NCBI GenBank assembly: GCA_038523235.1
Contig: JBCBJQ010000069.1
Span: 1-30,565 of the forward strand
Reading direction: 5' to 3'
Source of the DNA: Cyanobacteria bacterium J06626_4
GTDB lineage: Bacteria > Cyanobacteriota > Cyanobacteriia > Phormidesmidales > Phormidesmidaceae
DNA length: 30,565 nucleotides
The notes beneath the pieces are model-generated. The model searched no databases. It worked only from the letters and a program-made list of their open reading frames with translations, and was not told the origin of the DNA. Numbering within the stretch: position 1 is the first letter of the stretch; each line of letters starts with the position of its first letter. Shown here in pieces: positions 17,904-26,100 of this stretch. A program made the position numbers and the translations under genes.

Positions 17904-18076
17904 TGTCATCGGACAGAATCATTGGGTCGTCATGGAGAATTTCTACAGGGCATGATTCGGTGGTCGGAGTGATCGCTCGCTTGCTGTCTGCTGCCATCCA
18001 GAGCTTGAGCGAAGTTTGAAGCTCGCGTTATGATGGCAACACAGAGCTTTGTAAAGTTTAGACAGTTCGCCCTCGT

Positions 18077-19345
18077 GTGCTCGGTATGACCCACTCAGAT
18101 GCTTCCGATTCAGAACTGCAGCTGCGTCCCCTTTATCCTCGCGATATTGACGTCATCGAGGGGTGGAGCGAGGCGAGCATCACCATTCCAGAAGCTGGGT
18201 CAGAGCTGTTGATGATGGGCACTCGCAGCCTCGTACATCATCCCCTGGCTGCCTGGTGGCAGCGAGCTACGATGCTGGCTTTACCCAATCGTCCTCGCTG
18301 GTCTGGCTTTGTGGCGGCCTTGGGCGATCGCCTCTGCGGCATGGTCGAAGTCGCGCCCTTCAACCGCACTCGCAGTACCTGGCAGGTCAACCGCATTCTG
18401 GTTGAGCCAGAAGGGTTGCCCGCCAGTATTAAAGGACCGCTCGATACCGTGGGTTCCCAGCTGTTGCGTCACTGCTTTGAGACCATTTGGGAAGCGCGCA
18501 TGTGGCTCGCTGAAGTCGATATTGAGCAAAAAGCCGCGCTGGCGCTCTATCGACAAAATGGCTTTCAGCCCCTAGCTCAGGTGACCTACTGGGAAATTAG
18601 TCCCGATATCTTGTCGGAGCAGGCGAGCCAAGAGCCCGATTTGCCCAATTTGATGGCAGTGAGCAATGCCGATGCTCAACTGCTGTATCAGCTCGATACT
18701 GCCGCTATGCCGCCGCTGGTGAGACAGGTCTTTGACCAGCAAATTCAAGATTTTAAGGTCGAGCCGGTGCAGGCGATGGCCAATACGGCCCGGCAGTGGA
18801 TGCATCGCGAAAACCGCATTCAAGGCTATGTGTTTGAGCCGCAGCGCAAGGCGGCCATTGGTCGCTTTGACTTAATTGCCTGTCGCGGTAAGCATCGCTA
18901 CCATGCGGCGGAGCTGACGGTTCATCCGGCCTACACGTGGCTTTACCCTGAGTTGTTGAGCCACATGGCGAGCCTACTGCAGGCCTATCCGGCTATGCCT
19001 CTCCGGGTGACATCGCGTGACTTTCAGCCTGAACGCGAAGAGTTTTTGCTGAAAATTCAGGCGACTCCAGTCAACCGTACTTTGATGTTGTCGCGATCGG
19101 TTTGGCATAAGGTGCGTGAGGCTAAACCCACTGCTTTAGAAGGGTTACAGCTGCCAGAAGTGCTGGCGGGTCTCCAACCGGCGGGTAAGCCGATTCCCGG
19201 TCGCATGACCTGGCACCGCGACTGGGATGAGACTTTGCTGAAGTGGTCACCGGCGACATCGTCGATGCCTAGAGGAAAACTGCCTGAAGGCGATGAATCA
19301 CCGCGCCGATCTAAGCCAGACAACCTTTCGGGCCAGTCGGGATAA
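18077..19345 (+). CDS. GNAT-family N-acetyltransferase (probably tandem GNAT folds)
   Basis: VGSQLL...ALALYRQNGF motif and a second unit ELTVHPAY. ATG at 18086 is an alternative start; TATGAT -10-like box at 18029-18034. Confidence 0.8.
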   Translation: MLGMTHSDASDSELQLRPLYPRDIDVIEGWSEASITIPEAGSELLMMGTRSLVHHPLAAWWQRATMLALPNRPRWSGFVAALGDRLCGMVEVAPFNRTRSTWQVNRILVEPEGLPASIKGPLDTVGSQLLRHCFETIWEARMWLAEVDIEQKAALALYRQNGFQPLAQVTYWEISPDILSEQASQEPDLPNLMAVSNADAQLLYQLDTAAMPPLVRQVFDQQIQDFKVEPVQAMANTARQWMHRENRIQGYVFEPQRKAAIGRFDLIACRGKHRYHAAELTVHPAYTWLYPELLSHMASLLQAYPAMPLRVTSRDFQPEREEFLLKIQATPVNRTLMLSRSVWHKVREAKPTALEGLQLPEVLAGLQPAGKPIPGRMTWHRDWDETLLKWSPATSSMPRGKLPEGDESPRRSKPDNLSGQSG

Positions 19346-19390
19346 TGAGACGATGCTGATGATCGTGGCCGAGCGCCAGGAGTGATCGCT

Positions 19391-19873
19391 GTGGCTCAGA
19401 AATACGTCTCGGCTCTAGGGCTCGATATCGGTCATAAGCGCATTGGTGTGGCTGGGTGCGATCGCCTAGGTATGCTCGTGACTGAACTCACGACCCTGCA
19501 GGGCAAATCTTTTCCGCAGCTGGTTGAGACGTTGCAGCGCTTAAGCCAAGACCGTCAGGTGACGGTCTTAGTAGTAGGTTTGCCTTACACCATGGACGGC
19601 GCGATCGGCCAACAAGCGCAACGGGTCAAATCTTTTGCTCAAAGGCTATCATCGGCGCTCCAATTACCCGTAGAGTATGTAGATGAGCGGTTGACCTCTT
19701 TTCAAGCTGAGCAAATGCTTTTAGCTGAAGGAACTTCGCCGTCTCGCAATAAGGGGTTGGTTGACCGCAAGGCTGCTGCGATTATTTTGCAACAATGGTT
19801 GGATCAGCGTGCTAGTTCGGGTTCAGCCCCCTTCGTAAAATCGTTTGAGCCTGTTGCAGGAGACCTGGAATGA
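19391..19873 (+). CDS. ruvX: YqgF/RuvX pre-16S rRNA nuclease / putative Holliday junction resolvase
   Basis: LGLDIGHKRIGVA, VVGLP, VDERLTS, VDRKAAAIILQQWL. GTG at 19391 lies 8 nt after AGGAG. Confidence 0.95.
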   Translation: MAQKYVSALGLDIGHKRIGVAGCDRLGMLVTELTTLQGKSFPQLVETLQRLSQDRQVTVLVVGLPYTMDGAIGQQAQRVKSFAQRLSSALQLPVEYVDERLTSFQAEQMLLAEGTSPSRNKGLVDRKAAAIILQQWLDQRASSGSAPFVKSFEPVAGDLE

Positions 19874-20439
19874 CTGCGGATTCTGATTACGTCCAAGAGG
19901 GTCCGACGATCGCCATTAAAGACGATTCAGGACGCACCTTGATTTGTCAAATTGAACAGACCTTCGAGATTGAAGGTCGGCAATATGCTCTGCTCCTTCC
20001 GCTTGACACCCCAGTCGAAATCTTTGCCTGGGAGGAAGATGACTCGGGGGAAACAGATTCGCTGATCGATGTAGAAGACAAAGATATCGATGAGCTTTTG
20101 CCCACAGCCCGCGCAGTTTTGGCGGAACATGATTTATCGCTCAAGCGCAGCGCTGTTACCCTGAGTGTTGTCGGTCATATTCCTGAGCCTAACGACGAAG
20201 ATTGTTTTACGCTTGAAGTCGGCGATCTCAATACCGATGGCGACCCTGAGACCGAAGACTTTCAAACCCTGGCGACGTTCTTCCATAACGAGTTGGAATA
20301 TACCGTTTGCACGCCCGTCGATCCGCTGCTGCTGTTCGCCGAAGTGACTGGTCAAGGTGAGGCTCATATGATTCCACCTGAAGAGTTTGAGCGTCTGCGA
20401 CCTGAAATTGAGTCGACGATTTTTGACGTGCTGGAATAA
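19870..20439 (+). CDS. DUF3727-family acidic protein
   Basis: Very acidic; YALLLPLDTPVEIFAW and ARAVLAE...LKRSAVTL; ATGA overlap with ruvX. Confidence 0.8.
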   Translation: MTADSDYVQEGPTIAIKDDSGRTLICQIEQTFEIEGRQYALLLPLDTPVEIFAWEEDDSGETDSLIDVEDKDIDELLPTARAVLAEHDLSLKRSAVTLSVVGHIPEPNDEDCFTLEVGDLNTDGDPETEDFQTLATFFHNELEYTVCTPVDPLLLFAEVTGQGEAHMIPPEEFERLRPEIESTIFDVLE

Positions 20440-20719
20440 GTGGCCAAGCCTCTGCCAGTCTCGGTTTCGGAGGCGTTAGTGACTAGCCTAAGAGAGCCCG
20501 TCTGGGTAGTGACAGCGTATTTGGCTAGAGATGGGTGGCCGAAGATGTCTCGTCAAGACGGGTTTTGCCGCACGAGGTGGCAATGAATGGAGGATTTCTG
20601 GCTCAACTCGTCCTGACAGCGCTGATGTCTGCTCGCTCAGCAATCCCCTTAGGGGTCAGTCAGGAGCTGGGGGCAGATCAGTTTCAGGGTGACAGGCTAA
20701 AATAACCGACGTCGGAGCG

Positions 20720-21829
20720 GTGATTACTCAATTATCGGCAAAGGTGATGGCTTCTCGTCTTCCTAAAATCTTGTTCTTTTTTCTGTTACTCCCGGTTGCT
20801 TTAGGGGTTTCAGGCTGGCAAGGGTGGGCATGGTGGAGCTGGGCCACCGCGCCTATTGCCACTGCTGCCACCGCCCCAGCCGATGCTGAGGAGGCGTCAG
20901 CATCGGCTCCGGATACAGTACAAATTCAAATTCCGTCGGGTACTTCAGGGCAGCAGATTGGCCAAGATCTCGAAGCCGCTGGATTGATTCGATCGCACCT
21001 CGCCTGGAATTTGTGGAGTCGCTGGCAAAATCTCCGCCGCGATGCCGGCTATCAGGCCGGTACCTATGTCCTCTCGCCGACCCAGTCGATGCAAGACATC
21101 GCTCAGCAAATTCGGACTGGAGACGTACTCCAGACGTCGTTTACGATTCCCGAAGGCTGGACGCGTGAACAAATGGCCGCAGCGTTTGAGGAACGCGGTT
21201 TTTTCTCGGCGCAGGGCTTTTTAGACGCCACTCAGCAGCCGCCTCGCGATCGCTACCCTTGGCTGCCCCAAAATCTGCCCCACTTAGAGGGCTTTCTCTA
21301 TCCTGATACATATCTTCTACCGGCAGAAACGGTGACTCCAGAAGGTGTTCGCGATCTGATGCTGGATCGGTTTGAAGCGGTAGCCTTGCCGGTTTATCAG
21401 CAAAGTAGCTCGGCTTTTTCGCTGCTGGAGTGGACCACTTTATCGAGCATTGTGGAGCGGGAGGCGGTGATTCCTGAGGAGCGATCGGAAATTGCGGCGG
21501 TGTTTAACCGGCGGCTGGAAGAAAGTATTCCCCTCGGTGCTGATCCTACGGTGGAATATGGCCTGGGCGTCACCCAGACACCGGAACAGCCTTTGACCCT
21601 AGCCCAAGTTAGAACGCCTTCGCCCTACAACACGTATATCAATGTGGGGTTGCCGCCGACGCCGATCGCCAGCCCTGGCTTGCCCAGTCTAGAGGCGAGT
21701 TTGAACCCGCCAGCGACGGAATACCTCTATTTCGTCGCGCGCTATGACGGCACCCATGTGTTTAGCCGCACCCTGGCTGAGCATGAAACGGCTCAAGCGC
21801 AGATTCGCGATGCGATCGACGGGCGATAA
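20720..21829 (+). CDS. mltG: Endolytic transglycosylase MltG
   Basis: TIPEGW, LEGFLYPDTY, SIVERE, SPYNTY, GLPPTPIASPG, YLYFVA. ATG at 20747 is an alternative start. Confidence 0.95.
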   Translation: MITQLSAKVMASRLPKILFFFLLLPVALGVSGWQGWAWWSWATAPIATAATAPADAEEASASAPDTVQIQIPSGTSGQQIGQDLEAAGLIRSHLAWNLWSRWQNLRRDAGYQAGTYVLSPTQSMQDIAQQIRTGDVLQTSFTIPEGWTREQMAAAFEERGFFSAQGFLDATQQPPRDRYPWLPQNLPHLEGFLYPDTYLLPAETVTPEGVRDLMLDRFEAVALPVYQQSSSAFSLLEWTTLSSIVEREAVIPEERSEIAAVFNRRLEESIPLGADPTVEYGLGVTQTPEQPLTLAQVRTPSPYNTYINVGLPPTPIASPGLPSLEASLNPPATEYLYFVARYDGTHVFSRTLAEHETAQAQIRDAIDGR

Positions 21830-21874
21830 GCCAAGCTCTGTCCCTGATCTCTTTGAGGATGAAAAGCTCCCTCC

Positions 21875-22393
21875 ATGCTGAAGAACAAGCTACAGCCCGA
21901 TCTCGTTTTAGGTGAACCGGTGCTTGGGGTCACGCTGGAGCTGATTGAGCGCTACCACTTGCAGGGACTGGTGCTCGATGTGGATGAAACCCTAGTGCCC
22001 CTGAGAGAGGCCGAAACCACCGCTGAAGTGCGAGAGTGGTTTGCGACTTTGCAAGCCCAGGTGCCGATCTGGTTAGTCAGCAATAACTTGCACGAACCGC
22101 GAATTCAGCGCATCGCCAAGAGTTTGGCAGTGCCTTACATCACGGGTGCTGGCAAGCCCTCGCGGCGTAAGCTTCGGCAGGCGACGGCAGCGATGCAGTT
22201 ACCTATTGAGCGAATTGCGATGGTGGGCGATCGCCTCTTTACCGATGTGCTGGCGGGCAACCGCTTAGGCATGTTTACCATTCTGGTTGAGCCGATGGTC
22301 TATCCCATGGGCAAGCCAGGCAAGTATTTGTTGCGATCGACTGAGGTATGGCTATCGCAACGGTTAGGGGTGTCTTTGCAGGCCACTCGATAA
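21875..22393 (+). CDS. yqeG: YqeG-family HAD IIIA phosphatase
   Basis: LDVDETL, VSNN, KP, MVGDRLFTDVLAGNRLG. Confidence 0.92.
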   Translation: MLKNKLQPDLVLGEPVLGVTLELIERYHLQGLVLDVDETLVPLREAETTAEVREWFATLQAQVPIWLVSNNLHEPRIQRIAKSLAVPYITGAGKPSRRKLRQATAAMQLPIERIAMVGDRLFTDVLAGNRLGMFTILVEPMVYPMGKPGKYLLRSTEVWLSQRLGVSLQATR

Positions 22394-22526
22394 GCCTTGC
22401 CGGTTTATGAGAGGCGTTTTATTTTGCAATGTCCCTTAACAAAAGAATATCTCAGCGAAATATAAAGACAACATTATGAACTGTCTAAATTGGCCCGGGG
22501 ATCACTCATCATAGGACTAAGTTACA

Positions 22527-22613
22527 TGGGGTCAAGCCTAATAAAGACCCTAGATTATAAGAAAACTAAAGGCTGAGTCTCTCTCGTTTAGGCGACAGGG
22601 TCTTGGCCTTTTT
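22527..22613 (+). ncRNA. Candidate structured small RNA (two hairpins with complementary loops), ending in an intrinsic terminator
   Basis: Stem TGGGGTC/GACCCTA with loop containing GCCTAA; terminator stem whose loop region reads TTAGGC; U-tract. The 5' end is unknown. Confidence 0.45.
22568..22613 (+). terminator. Intrinsic terminator
   Basis: AAAGGCTGAGTCTCTCTCG-TTTAGG-CGACAGGGTCTTGGCCTTTTT; long stem with G-U pairs and two mismatches, then a T5 tail. Confidence 0.65.
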
Positions 22614-22683
22614 AGATCTGGCTGGACTTCCTAGCTGCAGGTCTGTGGGGGATCAGGCGAAAGAAGTATGCATGGGTGATGCA

Positions 22684-23065
22684 TTAAAAACACATATCGG
22701 CTATGCAACGGTGATCCCCGGGCAGATTGTCGAAGGTGTCGAGGCCATTGAAATGGTCGATAGGCAGTTCGGCGACTTTCGTGGGATCGTCCATCATCTG
22801 GAGGTTTACTGCCCCCCTTTCGTCAGCCCTGTTCGTTGCGCTTCAGCACCTGGTAGTGGGCTAAACAGTTGCAAGTCGAGCAAAAGTGAAACTCTATGAC
22901 CGCGCCACGAGGCAGGCGGTGCTCAGCCCGGTGGTGATCGTCCCACCCGTAGATCCAGAGCGCATCATAACGACGGCAAGTTGTGCAATGACAGGCCGTC
23001 GCCAAGTCAGGGTTGCCGTTAAAGTTCCAGCGGAAAGTGGCTCAGTTACAGGCGCCGGTCAGCAT
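22684..23065 (-). pseudogene. GFA/CENP-V family (glutathione-dependent formaldehyde-activating-like) pseudogene
   Basis: MLTGACN*ATFRW...ATACHCTTCRRY...FHFCSTCNC...G*RK/AVNLQ...PIDHFNGLDTFD...DMCF*. TGA at 23042-23044 and 22823-22825; frameshift at or near the C6 run 22812-22817. Confidence 0.82.
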
Positions 23066-23213
23066 GTGCGCAATCATCTCGCAAAGACTGCTTGAACAAA
23101 CATCGGTAAAGAAATGCGGAGAGACCATCGGGTGCTTTTCTCAAAGCATTGACCCTTGATTCCAGACCTTGCACCGATGCCATGGGCTAACTGTCGTCTG
23201 ATGAGAATGGGGC

Positions 23214-24482
23214 TTACTGGGGAACCACTGTTAACGAAGGGATGCTTTCCAATGCTTGGGCTTGGGCATTTTGTTCCCGGGCGTCTCCCATATCGGCCAC
23301 GGTGGCATCGCGCAGTTGCTCCCGCAAATGGGGCATGACAGCCAGGGCGCGCGTCCAGTCAGGAATCTGTGTGCCCGTCGCATCGTTGAGGTAATCTTCG
23401 CCTGCCTGCAAGATCAATTTTTCAAAGCTTTCCAGGGTGGCTTCTTCGTGATGGCGATCGTACTCAATGCCATTAAAGCGAGCATCCACAAAATACTGCC
23501 GGGTCAGGTTCTGGGCTTCTCGGCGAAACTTCACACTAAGAGCGCGAATGTGGTCTCGGGAGATGGCCACCTGTTCGGTTTCCGTCAGCGTTCGCAGCAC
23601 CGATTTTAGAATATCGCGGCACATCTTTTGCAGCCCCTGTTCTGAAGAATTGCCGAGGGTCTGATGCTTATGCTCAAAAATCCCTAGATCAACCTGGGCA
23701 ATCCGCTTCCGCGCGATATTGCGATACACCTCTGCCAGCAACCCCACCTCTAGCCCCCAATCGGCGGGAATGCGGGTATTGAGAGCCAGATCACTGGTCA
23801 GGGCAAACTCTCCCGACAATGGATAGCGATAGGAGTTGAGGTAGCGCAGATAGTCGCGGTAGCCAAATAGCTCCATCAGCGAGGTGATGAGAGGCGTGAC
23901 AAACAGCCGGGTCACACGGCCATGCATCTTTCGAGGAGACTCGCTCAGACGGGTGTAATAGGCCTTGCTAAAGGCAATGCCAAACTCGCGCTCAAGTAAG
24001 GGAAACAGGAGTTTGAGAGGGTAGGTTTTGTCGTAAGTGACAATATCAGCATCGTGGAGAGCGATCGCCGCTGCCTCTAGCGAAGCCACGCCGAGCCCTA
24101 ACCAGACTGCCCGCCCTTTCCCTCGGTGCTGCATCAAATCCAGCCCTTGTTCCTGCAGTTGGGCTAGCAGCTTGGTAATCCGAGGGCCGTTTTCCCACAT
24201 GACATAGGTCGGCTGGGGCAGCGGCTGAAAGAACTCAACGGCTTGAGAGTATTGATCTACGGAGTCAGCGTAGAGGCTGATAACGACCGTATTGACGAAC
24301 CGGCAGTGGGCCAACTGATCGCTAATTTGAGTCAGGGCGGGTCGCTCTAGTTCCTCATATAAAGACGGAATGAGCACCGCCGTGGGCAACGATTGACTCA
24401 CTTCCGTCAGGTGATCGTCTAGTCGATCAACGTCACAACCCAGGTCGTGAATTGTCGTAATGAGATCTTGCTTGTAGTCCAC
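23214..24482 (-). CDS. gpgS: Glucosyl-3-phosphoglycerate synthase-like glycosyltransferase
   Basis: Starts (M)DYKQDLITTIHD; GKGRAVW, LHDADI, KAYY, GRVTRLFVTPL, YPLSGEF, DWGLEVG, EHKHQ. GTG at 24482 follows a GAGAGG RBS. Confidence 0.75.
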   Translation of the reverse strand: MDYKQDLITTIHDLGCDVDRLDDHLTEVSQSLPTAVLIPSLYEELERPALTQISDQLAHCRFVNTVVISLYADSVDQYSQAVEFFQPLPQPTYVMWENGPRITKLLAQLQEQGLDLMQHRGKGRAVWLGLGVASLEAAAIALHDADIVTYDKTYPLKLLFPLLEREFGIAFSKAYYTRLSESPRKMHGRVTRLFVTPLITSLMELFGYRDYLRYLNSYRYPLSGEFALTSDLALNTRIPADWGLEVGLLAEVYRNIARKRIAQVDLGIFEHKHQTLGNSSEQGLQKMCRDILKSVLRTLTETEQVAISRDHIRALSVKFRREAQNLTRQYFVDARFNGIEYDRHHEEATLESFEKLILQAGEDYLNDATGTQIPDWTRALAVMPHLREQLRDATVADMGDAREQNAQAQALESIPSLTVVPQ

Positions 24483-24575
24483 AAAACCTCTCTCCTCATA
24501 GATAACATCATCATTATCAAGGTCTGGGGGAGAAAGGTCTGTCAGAAGCACTACGGCATCACTGACGCTTATCCC

Positions 24576-25772
24576 CTAGCGCAGCCATCCCTTGAGACGA
24601 GAAGCTACCTGCGGCCTTCTCAGCTTGCGCATCGCCTTGGTTTGAATTTGACGGACGCGCTCCCGTGAAAGGTTAAACATATTGCCGACTTCTTCCAAGG
24701 TGTGCGTTTCGCCCGTAGTCAGACCATAGCGCAAAGTAATGATGTCTTTTTCACGCTCGGTCAGCACCTCCGACAACACGCCCGTAATTTCTTTCCGCAT
24801 CATGGCTTCGCTGATTTTGGCTTCCGGCGTTTGCGTATTGCCGTCTTCCAGCAACTCCATCAGCTCGGTGTCTTCGCCCTTACCCACCCGGTGGTTTAAA
24901 GACAGTGATCGCCGCCGCACCTGCTGCAAACTTCGCAGCTGATCGGGGGCCATATCTAAGGCTTCTGCCAGCTCCGCTTCCGTCGGATTACGCTGTAAAT
25001 CACGCCGGAGTTCGCGGTGGGCTTTTTTCAGCTTGTTGAGCTTTTCAACAATATGAATAGGCAAGCGAATTGTGCGGGCATCGTTAGCGATCGTACGGGT
25101 AATGCCTTGACGAATCCACCAGTAAGCATAGGTCGAAAATTTATACCCCTTGTCAGGATCAAATTTCTCCGTGGCTCGATTAAGACCCAACGCTCCTTCT
25201 TGAATGAGGTCTAAAAAGGGCACGCCGCGATTTAAATAACGTTTGGCAATCGACACCACTAACCGCAAATTAGAGCGGATCATCCGGCGTTTTGCCGACC
25301 GCCCGTGGTGCAGCTTTTGCCTAAACTCGGTTTCTGTCAGGTGGAGCGCTTGCGTGATTTCTGTGCGGGTCGGTGCAACACCATGCTCCTCTACCCAGGT
25401 TTCTCGAAATTCCTCTAGCTGTCCGAGAAATCTGACTTGGCGAGCCAGTTCGATCTCTTCGGCAGGTTTGAGCAGGGGATAGCGAGCCATCTCCTTAAAA
25501 AAGGCTCCAACGGCATCATCGGTGATCGTTTTTTGATACCCCGGCAAGCCAATTTCTGACAGTGAGTCTTTGGCGGTATATTGCACCGATACTTCCCCCT
25601 CTTCACTCCAAGGAACCTCTTCTTTCTGGTTCGAGGATGGGGTATCGGCGGTTGACTCTTCAGTACTAACAGACCCTAACTCATCATCAGCGAGGCCGAC
25701 ATGAGCTAAGGTTTCGGAATCAGTTTCTGGGGAAATAAAGAAAGCTTCCATAGGGGTAATATTGGGCTTCAA
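24576..25772 (-). CDS. sigC: Group 2 RNA polymerase sigma factor, SigC type
   Basis: DDAVGAFFKEMARYPLL, NLRLVVSIAKRY, DLIQEG, KFSTYAYWWIRQGITR, LSRERVRQI. Start TTG 25772 or ATG 25751. Confidence 0.88.
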   Translation of the reverse strand: MKPNITPMEAFFISPETDSETLAHVGLADDELGSVSTEESTADTPSSNQKEEVPWSEEGEVSVQYTAKDSLSEIGLPGYQKTITDDAVGAFFKEMARYPLLKPAEEIELARQVRFLGQLEEFRETWVEEHGVAPTRTEITQALHLTETEFRQKLHHGRSAKRRMIRSNLRLVVSIAKRYLNRGVPFLDLIQEGALGLNRATEKFDPDKGYKFSTYAYWWIRQGITRTIANDARTIRLPIHIVEKLNKLKKAHRELRRDLQRNPTEAELAEALDMAPDQLRSLQQVRRRSLSLNHRVGKGEDTELMELLEDGNTQTPEAKISEAMMRKEITGVLSEVLTEREKDIITLRYGLTTGETHTLEEVGNMFNLSRERVRQIQTKAMRKLRRPQVASRLKGWLR

Positions 25773-26100
25773 AAAACCTCGCTTTTGTGGCGTTTATACT
25801 CGAATTAGCAGCGAAATAGCAACCCATTTTAGAAAATTAATATTTTGATACGGGATCAACGATCGCCCTGCCAAGGGATTGGGCAGTTTTGCCCACGTGT
25901 AACGTTTTTCAGGAATTGTTACCGGTTGTAAAACCGAGTGAGTTTTCCACAGGAGAATAACGAAAACATTAAGAGTTTAAACAGCCTTGCAAGGATAGCG
26001 GTAAATGCGCAAAATGGCTAATTTTTTTAGTCGTCGATCGCTACACTATAAATTCGATTGATCAAGTGAGGTTGATATCACGACTGAGTCGGCCAAATGG

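Noticed and set aside
23042..23044. TGA at a Cys position of the GFA gene read as selenocysteine
   Set aside because: A second TGA at a non-Cys position and a frameshift show decay; Sec decoding is not known in cyanobacteria.
22603..23095. Plus-strand ORFs 22603-22899 and 22886-23095
   Set aside because: Antisense to the GFA pseudogene, which explains the sequence better.
24483..24551. N-terminal extension of gpgS in the ORF track
   Set aside because: The family-like N-terminus and a good RBS point to GTG 24482.
25773..26100. NtcA site in the sigC/priA divergent promoter
   Set aside because: No GTA-N8-TAC match found; only degenerate look-alikes.
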